This document shows positions 1-7,805 of a DNA stretch of 25,699 nt, piece after piece (position 1 is the first letter of the stretch; the number at the start of each line of letters is the position of its first letter). The notes beneath the pieces are model-generated. The model did not search any database. It worked only from the letters and a program-made list of their open reading frames with translations, and was not told where the DNA came from. Source of the stretch: Candidatus Limnocylindrales bacterium. Its GTDB lineage: Bacteria > Acidobacteriota > Terriglobia > Acidiferrales > UBA7541. The translations under genes and the position numbers were made by a program. The DNA is taken from NCBI GenBank assembly GCA_035604795.1, contig DATNHU010000106.1:1-25699 (forward strand), given 5' to 3'.

Positions 1-2754
1 GCCGATCCCGGCGCGAAATTTCAAAGGCTCAAGCCCGGCTTGCCCTCCAGTCCGGGCCGCGAAATGGGGTATGCCGTTTCCACCGCGCTGAGCCCAGACG
101 GCGCAACCTTGCTTGTTTTAACCAGCGGATACAGAGAGTGGTACGACTCCAAAGGAGTGCGCGATCGCGCCGCATCGAACGAGTTTGTTTTTGTCTTTGA
201 CATAACCAAAGGCGAGCCGCGCCAAGTCCAGGCGTTGCCGGTGTCCAATGCGTTTGGCGGAATCGCCTGGAATCCCAGTGGCAAGGGATTTTACGTTGGC
301 GGCGGAGTGGACGATGTGGTGCACACGTTTGCGATTGAAAATAACCTTTGGACGGAATCCGGCGCGCCGATTCCATTGGGGCATGCGGCTGGACTGGGCC
401 TCGAAATCAAGCCGATGGCCGCGGGCGTGGCAGTCACCGCGGACGGAACCAGGCTCATCGTCGCCAACTATGAAAACGATTCTGTAAGCATCGTAGATTT
501 GGCCGCGCGCAAAGTTGACGCGGAAATTGATCTGCGCCCCGGCAAGTCGGACGCATCACGCGTGGGAACGCCCGGCGGAGAATTTCCTTATGGTGTTGCA
601 GTTCGCGGGAACGGCCACGCGTACGTTTCCAGCGTGCGCGACCGCGAGCTGGTGGTTGTGGACCTGGGCGCTATTTCCAGGGTTGTTGGACGTATCGCCT
701 TGCACGGCCAGCCCAACAAATTGGTGCTCAACCGGCAACAGACGCGCCTCTATGTCGCCGAGGACAACAGCGACACATTGGCGGTCGTAGACACAGCGAA
801 TAATCAGGTGTTGGGCGAACTTGGCGTGACCGCGCCGCGGGAAATTTTGGCAAAACTAGGCGGCTTCAAGGGCAGCAATCCAAATAGCGCGACTCTTTCT
901 CCGGATGAGCATACGGCATACGTCACTTTAGGCGCGGCGAATGCCGTGGCCATTGTCCGCTTAAACTCCGAAGGCCTGCCCACGGAAGTGGGCGGGCTGA
1001 TCCCGACGCCATGGTATCCGAACGCGGTCAGCGTGAATCGCGCGGGCACCACGCTTTATGTTGTGAATGGAAAGAGCGTCGCAGGATCCAATCCTCAAAA
1101 CTGCCGGGACAATACTTCCATTGAGAAGGGTTCCAACGATAAATGTCACAGCACAAATCAATATATCCTCCAGCTCACCAAGGGCGGATTGCTGACGGCG
1201 CCGGTTCCGTCTCCGGTGGCCCTCGCTGATTTGACACGGCGTGTTTCGGAGAACAACCGCTGGCCGGAAATCATGAACAGCGCGATGGAAGCCGGCCGAA
1301 TGAGCGGGCTTCGTGGGAAAGTTCACCACGTGATTTATATCATCAAGGAAAACCGCACCTACGACCAGGTGCTGGGCGATCTGGAAAAAGGAAATGGCGA
1401 TCCCCGGCTGGCGCTTTTCCCTGAGCCGATTGGGCCCAACCATCACCAGATCGCGCGGCAGTTTGTAACGCTCGACAACCTGATGGCCAGCGGTGAGGTA
1501 AGCGGAAATGGCTGGAACTGGAGCACGGCCGCGCGCGGCACCGATGCGCTGGAAAAAGGCGTGCCCGTGAATTACGACAACGGCCACGCGCTCAGCTACG
1601 ACTATGAGGGCACAAATCGCCTCATTAATGTGGGCATCGCGGATCTGGCGGCGCGGCGCGCTGCCAATATCGCCACGCCCTCCGATCCCGACCTGCTGCC
1701 CGGCACGAATGACCTGATCGCCCCCGATGGCCCGGGCGCTCCCGGAGCCGAAGCAGGAGCGGGATATTTATGGGACTCGGCGCGGCGCGCGGGGCTGAGC
1801 ATGCGCAACTACGGTTTTTTCCTGGATGATACCCGCTACATCGCCAAGACTACCGATCCCTCCTATTTGGCCCCTCCGCGCGATGCGTTCGCACAGAAAA
1901 TTGTTGTTGCTGTCCCCGACAAAGTTGCGTTGGCCAATGTCACCGATCCTTATTTCCCGGGCTTCGATCAGAAACTGCCGGACTACTGGCGCTTCAAGGA
2001 ATGGGAGCGCGAGTTCGATGGTTACGTCGCCGCCGGCAATTTGCCCGCGTTGGAATTCCTGCGCATTCCCCACGATCATTTTGGCGACTTCGCCGCCGCG
2101 AAAGACGGGGTGAATACGGTCGAAACGGAATTCGCCGACAACGATTACGCGATTGGTTTGATCGTCCAGAAAATTGCCAACAGCCCCTTCGCGAAAGACA
2201 CCGTCATCTTCACCATAGAAGACGATGCGCAGAACGGCCCGGACCACATGGACGCGCATCGGACCGTGGCTCTGGCCGCGGGCGCGTTCGTGCGCCAGGG
2301 CGTCGTTGTCTCCAGCAGGTACACGACGGTCAACTTGCTGCGCACCATTGAAGAACTGCTGGGAATGGGGCCCATGGGACTGAACGACGCCGCGGCCGCG
2401 CCGATGTCGGACATATTCAGTACGGACTACATGCCGTGGAGCTATACAGCACGCGTGCCTGCCGTTTTGCGCACCACACAATTGCCGCTGCCGCCCGCTC
2501 CTGGCGGCGCCAGTGGAACAGATCTGGACGCGAAGTATTCACTCCCTCGGCACACTGCCGCATGGTGGGCCGCGCATATGCACGGTCAGGATTTCAGCGT
2601 AGAGGACGATCTCGATACCGACAAATTCAACCGCACCCTATGGCTGGGATTGATGGGTCCCGGCGTACCCTTTCCGACTCGCACGACAGGCCAGGATCTG
2701 AGCAACGGCCGCGAACAACTGCTCAAGAAATATCGTACAATTTCCGGGAATTGA
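1..2754 (+). CDS. Bifunctional YncE/YVTN-type beta-propeller + phosphoesterase (alkaline phosphatase superfamily) protein, 5'-truncated by the window edge
   Basis: Frame 1 is open from base 1 (ADPGAKFQRLKPGL...), so the TTG at 40 is probably not the true start. The N-terminal half has repeated propeller blades (GVAVTADGTRLIVAN, PYGVAV, PNSATLSPD, YPNAVSV). The C-terminal half has HVIYIIKENRTYDQVLGD and IEDDAQNGPDHMDAHR, typical of this phosphoesterase family. Confidence 0.85.
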   Translation, partial: ADPGAKFQRLKPGLPSSPGREMGYAVSTALSPDGATLLVLTSGYREWYDSKGVRDRAASNEFVFVFDITKGEPRQVQALPVSNAFGGIAWNPSGKGFYVGGGVDDVVHTFAIENNLWTESGAPIPLGHAAGLGLEIKPMAAGVAVTADGTRLIVANYENDSVSIVDLAARKVDAEIDLRPGKSDASRVGTPGGEFPYGVAVRGNGHAYVSSVRDRELVVVDLGAISRVVGRIALHGQPNKLVLNRQQTRLYVAEDNSDTLAVVDTANNQVLGELGVTAPREILAKLGGFKGSNPNSATLSPDEHTAYVTLGAANAVAIVRLNSEGLPTEVGGLIPTPWYPNAVSVNRAGTTLYVVNGKSVAGSNPQNCRDNTSIEKGSNDKCHSTNQYILQLTKGGLLTAPVPSPVALADLTRRVSENNRWPEIMNSAMEAGRMSGLRGKVHHVIYIIKENRTYDQVLGDLEKGNGDPRLALFPEPIGPNHHQIARQFVTLDNLMASGEVSGNGWNWSTAARGTDALEKGVPVNYDNGHALSYDYEGTNRLINVGIADLAARRAANIATPSDPDLLPGTNDLIAPDGPGAPGAEAGAGYLWDSARRAGLSMRNYGFFLDDTRYIAKTTDPSYLAPPRDAFAQKIVVAVPDKVALANVTDPYFPGFDQKLPDYWRFKEWEREFDGYVAAGNLPALEFLRIPHDHFGDFAAAKDGVNTVETEFADNDYAIGLIVQKIANSPFAKDTVIFTIEDDAQNGPDHMDAHRTVALAAGAFVRQGVVVSSRYTTVNLLRTIEELLGMGPMGLNDAAAAPMSDIFSTDYMPWSYTARVPAVLRTTQLPLPPAPGGASGTDLDAKYSLPRHTAAWWAAHMHGQDFSVEDDLDTDKFNRTLWLGLMGPGVPFPTRTTGQDLSNGREQLLKKYRTISGN

Positions 2755-2772
2755 CGTAGCCTACCCAGCGAA

Positions 2773-3969
2773 ATGCCCGAGCAAATCATCAAGCGAAAAT
2801 CGCGCGGATTTATCTGCGTCAATGCGCACCCGGAAGGCTGCCGCCAGAATGTCGTCCGGCAGATCGCGGTGATTACTTCTCAAACTCAATCACCACGCCC
2901 CGGCCTCCGCAATGTGGTGGTCATCGGCGCGTCCACGGGCTATGGACTGGCCTCGCGCATTGCCGCCGCCTGGGGATTCGGCGCGCGCACGCTGGGGATA
3001 TTTTTTGAGCGGCCGCCCGAAGGCGTGAAAACCGCCTCCGCGGGTTATTACAACAGCGCGGCATTCCATGAATTCGCGCGGCGGGACAATTTGTTTGCCG
3101 CCAGCTTGAATGTCGACGCCTTCTCCGACGGGGCCAAGCAACAGGCAATTGGGATTATCCGCCGCGATATGGCGCCGGTCGATCTGGTTATTTACAGCCT
3201 CGCCTCTCCCCGCCGCGTTCATCCGCGCAACGGCGAGGTGTTCAATTCCGTGCTGAAACCGGTGGGACAGGCCTTCACGAACAAGACTATTGATCTGGAC
3301 GTTGGCAAAGTGGTTCCCGTCACGCTTGAGGCTGCCACCACAAAAGAGGTTGCGGACACGGTAGCCGTGATGGGCGGCGAGGATTGGGAAATGTGGATGG
3401 ACGCGTTGCTCGCAGAGGGTCTGCTGGCCCCCGGCGCGCGCACGCTGGCCTATTCCTACATCGGCCCTGCAGTGACCTGGCCGATCTATCGCGACGGCAC
3501 CATTGGCCAGGCGAAAAAAGACGTGGATGCCGCGGCAAAGCGGATCAATTCAAAGCTAAATGCGAAGTTGGGCGGTCGCGCCTGGGTGTCGGTGAATAAG
3601 GCGGTTGTCACCCAGGCCTCCTCGGCAATCCCCGTAGTGCCGCTCTATCTGAGCTTGCTCCCACCCGCTTTGCGCGCCCGCCGCTTGGATGAGGGCCCCA
3701 TCGAACAAATGCGCCGTCTGTTTTTCGATTTTCTTTCCGAGGGCGCGAACATCAAAACCGATGATGCTGGCCGCATCCGGCTCGACGACCGCGAGATGCG
3801 CGCCGACGTTCAGTCGGACATTACGCGCCTCTGGCCGCAAGTGACCACGGAGAATTTGCGCGAGATCACCGCTTACAATGAGTTTCAGCGGGAGTTCCGC
3901 TCTTTATTCGGGTTTGAAGTGGATGGCGTGGATTATGACGCGCCCGTCGAGACGGACGTCAAGATTTAA
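2773..3969 (+). CDS. fabV: Enoyl-ACP reductase FabV / trans-2-enoyl-CoA reductase
   Basis: N-terminus RGFICVNAHPEGC, Rossmann motif GASTGYGLASR, catalytic Y-x8-K (YRDGTIGQAK), VNKAVVTQASSAIP, and C-terminal FGFEVDGVDY. Confidence 0.95.
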   Translation: MPEQIIKRKSRGFICVNAHPEGCRQNVVRQIAVITSQTQSPRPGLRNVVVIGASTGYGLASRIAAAWGFGARTLGIFFERPPEGVKTASAGYYNSAAFHEFARRDNLFAASLNVDAFSDGAKQQAIGIIRRDMAPVDLVIYSLASPRRVHPRNGEVFNSVLKPVGQAFTNKTIDLDVGKVVPVTLEAATTKEVADTVAVMGGEDWEMWMDALLAEGLLAPGARTLAYSYIGPAVTWPIYRDGTIGQAKKDVDAAAKRINSKLNAKLGGRAWVSVNKAVVTQASSAIPVVPLYLSLLPPALRARRLDEGPIEQMRRLFFDFLSEGANIKTDDAGRIRLDDREMRADVQSDITRLWPQVTTENLREITAYNEFQREFRSLFGFEVDGVDYDAPVETDVKI

Positions 3970-3994
3970 GAAGGATTCCTTCAGCGCAAATTTC

Positions 3995-5497
3995 TTAGTG
4001 CAGCCCGACCGTCCCCTTGACCGAATCTATCAATTTCACCGAGTCGTACCCCACCCCATCCTTGAAAACGATTTCCACCTTCTCGATATCCGCAATTTGC
4101 GCCGAAGGATCGCCGTGAATCACCAAGAGGTCCGCGGCCTTTCCCTCCCCAATTGTTCCGGTTTGCCCGGAAAGTCCCAGGAATTCAGCGCCATTGGCCG
4201 TGGCAATATGAATCGCTTCCAGCGGAGTGAATCCCGCTTCCACCAGCAACTCTACCTCTCGCTGATCGCCGAACCCGGGCAAATCGCCACCACCTCCGGT
4301 CGGGTCCACTCCCGCGAGCAGCACGCCGCCCGCTTTCACGAAGTCGTGCTCAAACTGCATTTCCATTTTCAACAAAGTATTCCATGGCGTGTCGGCTTGC
4401 GCTGCGTTGCGAGCGCGCCCCTCGAGATACGAAACGCTTTCCTGCGGCAACAGGGCATCGAGCGGGCGCCGCATCCAGGCCATCGGCGGACGGTTGGGTA
4501 CAAAGGTTTCAAACACGGGGAGCGTGGACGTCACCGCCACGTGGTGCGCCACTAAATCGCGAATTGTTTGCTGGATTTCCGGACCTTCCACATCCATTTT
4601 CGCAATCGTGGCGAACGTCGTGGCTTGCGGTGTACACACATCCGGCTGCTTTCCAGGAACGAATTCCGTGTCCACCACCAATCCGTGTTCCAGGTTGTCA
4701 ATGCCCAGCGCCGCCGCTTCCCGGAATCCAATCGAGCAAAGATGCCCGGTAAGCTTGACCCCGTGGGCGTGTGCGGCGGCGATTGCCGCGGAAAGCTCCG
4801 CGCGCGTGATGTGCATATACGCTTTGAACGATCCCGCGCCGAGCCCGGCCCAGTAGTCCACCAACTGCCGCGCTTCGTCCGCGTTGGAAAGGATGTGCAT
4901 TTGCACGCCGGTGCCCGGCGGGCCTTCGAGGTACGGACCGGTCACATTAAGCTTCGGCCCAATCATCCTTCCGTCATCAATCATGGTCTTGAGGTTCAGG
5001 TCGGTATAGGTATCGAGGCTCCCCGTGGTCCGCGCGGTAGTCACGCCGCAGGCAAGATAAAGCCGGGGAGCAGTCACGGTAAGTTCGTTGTACTGTCCGC
5101 CTGCCGGATAAAACATGTGCTCGTGCATCCCGACCATGCCGGGCATCACCGAGTAGCCAGTGAAGTCCATGACCTGCGCGCCGGATGGAATGTTCGCTTT
5201 TGACGCGCTGCCCATCCAAGTAATTTCCCCCCCGCTAAGCACAATCGTCTGATCGTCGCGCGCCGCCGCCCCAGTGCCGTCAATCACTTTCACGTGCGTC
5301 AGCGCGATCAACGGAGCATCGGTCTTGATGTATTGCCGCAACTGCGCGCCGCGGCCGCCCTGACCCTGTTGCGCACTGCCTTGCTGGCCGCCCCGCTGTC
5401 CTGGTCCTGGCGTAGTTCCCCCCTGACCGCTTGCTTGCCAAGAGAATGCAAACGCAACAAGAGAGATGGTTGCAAGATTGCGAAGAATTTTGCGCAT
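3995..5497 (-). CDS. Secreted amidohydrolase-family (metal-dependent hydrolase) protein
   Basis: The start was moved to ATG 5497 because it has a GGAGA RBS and is followed by a signal peptide (MRKILRNLATISLVAFAFSWQASG) and a G/Q-rich linker. Motifs: PGMVGMHEH (HxH), FKAY, LTGH, EHG, LAGVD, GTIGEGKAADL. Confidence 0.88.
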   Translation of the reverse strand: MRKILRNLATISLVAFAFSWQASGQGGTTPGPGQRGGQQGSAQQGQGGRGAQLRQYIKTDAPLIALTHVKVIDGTGAAARDDQTIVLSGGEITWMGSASKANIPSGAQVMDFTGYSVMPGMVGMHEHMFYPAGGQYNELTVTAPRLYLACGVTTARTTGSLDTYTDLNLKTMIDDGRMIGPKLNVTGPYLEGPPGTGVQMHILSNADEARQLVDYWAGLGAGSFKAYMHITRAELSAAIAAAHAHGVKLTGHLCSIGFREAAALGIDNLEHGLVVDTEFVPGKQPDVCTPQATTFATIAKMDVEGPEIQQTIRDLVAHHVAVTSTLPVFETFVPNRPPMAWMRRPLDALLPQESVSYLEGRARNAAQADTPWNTLLKMEMQFEHDFVKAGGVLLAGVDPTGGGGDLPGFGDQREVELLVEAGFTPLEAIHIATANGAEFLGLSGQTGTIGEGKAADLLVIHGDPSAQIADIEKVEIVFKDGVGYDSVKLIDSVKGTVGLH

Positions 5498-5540
5498 GGT
5501 CAAATCTCCGATCGTCGAGATGGAATGTAATCCGGCGGGG

Positions 5541-5569
5541 AGAATAGTCTGCCGCGCGGACAAGCGCAA
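5541..5569 (-). promoter_or_regulatory. Putative sigma70 promoter of the amidohydrolase gene
   Basis: Minus strand reads TTGCGC (5569-5564), a 17-nt spacer, then TATTCT (5546-5541), about 45 nt upstream of ATG 5497. Confidence 0.55.
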
Positions 5570-5664
5570 GCTTTTGAACGGAATGCGTCAAAATCTGTCG
5601 CTGTTGGTGCATGGAGTCACTAGTCAGAAATTCATCCCACGGTTCTTAGGAGAGGCCAAAGTCC

Positions 5665-6807
5665 TTAGTGGGTCGGAGCTTCAGCTCCGCTTTTAAAACA
5701 TGGATCATGCAGTGGTCTTAACCCCGGAATGATTGCGATCCCACGTGACTCGCGCGCGGCGAAGTATCCAGTCTCAGCGAGCAATTCCGCATTCAAAATG
5801 GCCGCGCCCGCGGCGCCGCGAACTAAGTTGTGCGAAAGCAGCACCAGCCGAATATCCATCACATTGCATGCGCGCACGCGGCCTACGGTTACAGCCATGC
5901 CGCCCCCCGCATCGCGGTCGAGCCGCGTTTGCGGACGATCGGGTTCTTCACGAACTTCTATCGGCCGTGCAGGGGCCGAGGGCAACTTGAGGCGTTGCGG
6001 CTCGCCGGTAAATTCACGAAGCACCGCCGCAATGTCCGCGGGCGACGCTTTGTGCCGTAGTTTCAGTGAGACAGCTTCCATGTGGCCGTCAATCACCGGC
6101 ACACGGTGGCATTGAGCGCTGATGCGTATTTCCGTGGGCACAATGGCTCCATCGCGCAACGACCCCAGGATTTTTCGCGGCTCAGCCTCCAATTTTTCCT
6201 CTTCGCCGGAAATGTACGGGATCACGTTGTCCGTCGCGTCGAGTGAGGCAACGCCGGGATAGCCCGCGCCGGAAAGCGCCTGCATGGTGACCACGGATAA
6301 CGCTTCGATTCCAAACGCATCGCGAATCGGCTTGAGCGCAACCACCAGCCCCGCCGCCGAACAATTTGGATTCGTGGCGATGAATCCCGATGTGTAGCCG
6401 CGCCGCTCGCGCTGCACATCCACCAGCGCGCTGTGTTCCGGGTTCACCTCTGGCACCAGCAGCGGCACGTCGGGCGCCAACCTGTGATTGCTGCAGTTGC
6501 TGATCACCGCATATCCCGCGCGGGCAAATGCCTCCTCAACTGGGCCCGCCACCGAGGAATCCAGCGCAGAAAGACAAAAATCGCAATCCAGATTGGCTTC
6601 GAGCGGTTGCACTCGCAGCTCGCCGATTTCCATGGGCATCGGCTCGGCAATCCGCCAGCGCACAACTTCCGCATAGCGCTTTCCCGCGGAGCGCTCCGAA
6701 GCCGCCAGCGCGGTCACGCGAAACCACGGATGCGCGCGCAGGCGATGAATGATTTGCTGCCCGACCGTACCCGTTGCCCCCAACACGCCCACGCGGAAAG
6801 TTTTCAT
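5665..6807 (-). CDS. asd: Aspartate-semialdehyde dehydrogenase (archaeal/eukaryote-like subtype)
   Basis: GVLGATGTVGQ, HPWF...AASERSAGK.Y, catalytic NPNCS, MQALSGAGYPG, RVPVIDGH, SHNLVRGAAG. The ATG overlaps the TGA of the upstream kinase gene (ATGA at 6807-6804). Confidence 0.95.
   Translation of the reverse strand: MKTFRVGVLGATGTVGQQIIHRLRAHPWFRVTALAASERSAGKRYAEVVRWRIAEPMPMEIGELRVQPLEANLDCDFCLSALDSSVAGPVEEAFARAGYAVISNCSNHRLAPDVPLLVPEVNPEHSALVDVQRERRGYTSGFIATNPNCSAAGLVVALKPIRDAFGIEALSVVTMQALSGAGYPGVASLDATDNVIPYISGEEEKLEAEPRKILGSLRDGAIVPTEIRISAQCHRVPVIDGHMEAVSLKLRHKASPADIAAVLREFTGEPQRLKLPSAPARPIEVREEPDRPQTRLDRDAGGGMAVTVGRVRACNVMDIRLVLLSHNLVRGAAGAAILNAELLAETGYFAARESRGIAIIPGLRPLHDPCFKSGAEAPTH
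5668..5689 (+). repeat. REP-like palindrome GTGGGT-CGGAGCT-TC-AGCTCCG
   Basis: Perfect 7-bp inverted repeat (5674-5680 / 5683-5689) preceded by GTGG. It overlaps the last codons of asd. Confidence 0.5.
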
Positions 6808-7805
6808 CGAGCGGCTCTCCGCAGTTCGCTCCTGACTTCATTCCCTGGGGCGGGGCCGATGCGCGTACCGGGATGTTCGGGCCGAAATGTGTTGCGGATG
6901 CGCAAAGCGATATTTTTCTTCCGCAACGGTTCGATGGTCCTGGGGTGAAGTACCTTCGCGCCGCGTTCCGCCAAGTCCAGCGCTTCGTCATAGCTCAACT
7001 CGGTCAGCAGCGTGAATTCCCCGCTATGCTTTTTATCGGTAGAGCGAGGGTCGCGATCGTAAATGCCGTCCACATCGGTCCATAGGCAAACTTCATCAGC
7101 GTCCAGCGCGTCGGCCACAATCGCGGCGGAAAAATCGGAGCTGTTGCGTCCCAGCGTGGTCACTTCTCCGTCGGCCGTCGCGCCAATAAATCCGGTGACG
7201 ACGGGTACGACCCCCTTTTCCAAGAGTGGAAGCAGGATATCTCTTGCTCGCAGGCGGGTTTCTTCCCATATCGGCGTGGCATTCTGAAATTGTTCGTCGG
7301 TAACGATGAATCGTGATGCATCGACCGCCTCTGCCGGAACACCTTCCCACCTCAGCGCGCACGCGACCAATCGTGCGCTGGCGCATTCCCCATAAGAAAG
7401 CACGGCATCAACCCAGGATGCATCTTTGTCTTCGGTTCTCGTTTCGAGAGCCAGCGACCGGAAACACGTGCCGAGATTTTCCAGATCGCTCCAAATTTCC
7501 TGATCTTCGGGACACTCGGTTGTCGCATCGCCGCGGGCCACTCCTTTTTCAGCCGCGCTCAATTCCAGCGCAGCAAGCAATGCTCGGTGACGTGCCCGAA
7601 TCGCCCAAGCCTCATGAACCTCGTGCGCTGAGACGCCATTGCGCGCCAACTCGGTGAGGTGCACGAGCCGGTTCGTGACACCAGCGCACGCAGAGCACAC
7701 CACCACGGTCTGCTCATCGGCCGCAAGCTCGCGCACCAGTCGCGCGACATGAACTATCGCCGCTGCGTCCGCCAGCGATGACCCGCCAAACTTCAAGACC
7801 TGCAT
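6804..7805 (-). CDS. lysC: Aspartate kinase, catalytic domain only (no ACT domains), 333 aa
   Basis: The start was set at ATG 7805, which has a GGAGG RBS. Motifs: VLKFGGSSLAD, VVVCSA..GVTNRL, D.VLSYGE..S, PVVTGFIGAT, TTLGRNSSDFSA, WTDVDGIYDRDPR, LSYDEA.DLAERGAKVLHP. The ORF ends about 17 aa after the PGTRI end of the kinase domain. Confidence 0.9.
   Translation of the reverse strand: MQVLKFGGSSLADAAAIVHVARLVRELAADEQTVVVCSACAGVTNRLVHLTELARNGVSAHEVHEAWAIRARHRALLAALELSAAEKGVARGDATTECPEDQEIWSDLENLGTCFRSLALETRTEDKDASWVDAVLSYGECASARLVACALRWEGVPAEAVDASRFIVTDEQFQNATPIWEETRLRARDILLPLLEKGVVPVVTGFIGATADGEVTTLGRNSSDFSAAIVADALDADEVCLWTDVDGIYDRDPRSTDKKHSGEFTLLTELSYDEALDLAERGAKVLHPRTIEPLRKKNIALRIRNTFRPEHPGTRIGPAPGNEVRSELRRAAR

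Noticed and set aside
3970-3982. GAAGG-ATT-CCTTC hairpin between the convergent fabV and amidohydrolase genes
   Set aside because: A 5-bp stem with a 3-nt loop and no adjacent U-tract is too weak to call a terminator.
3878-5203. Plus-strand ORFs of 225 and 211 aa opposite the amidohydrolase (and similar shadows at 8600-9565, 15857-16843, 21084-21965, 23095-23841)
   Set aside because: These are antisense shadows of motif-supported genes with no independent coding evidence.
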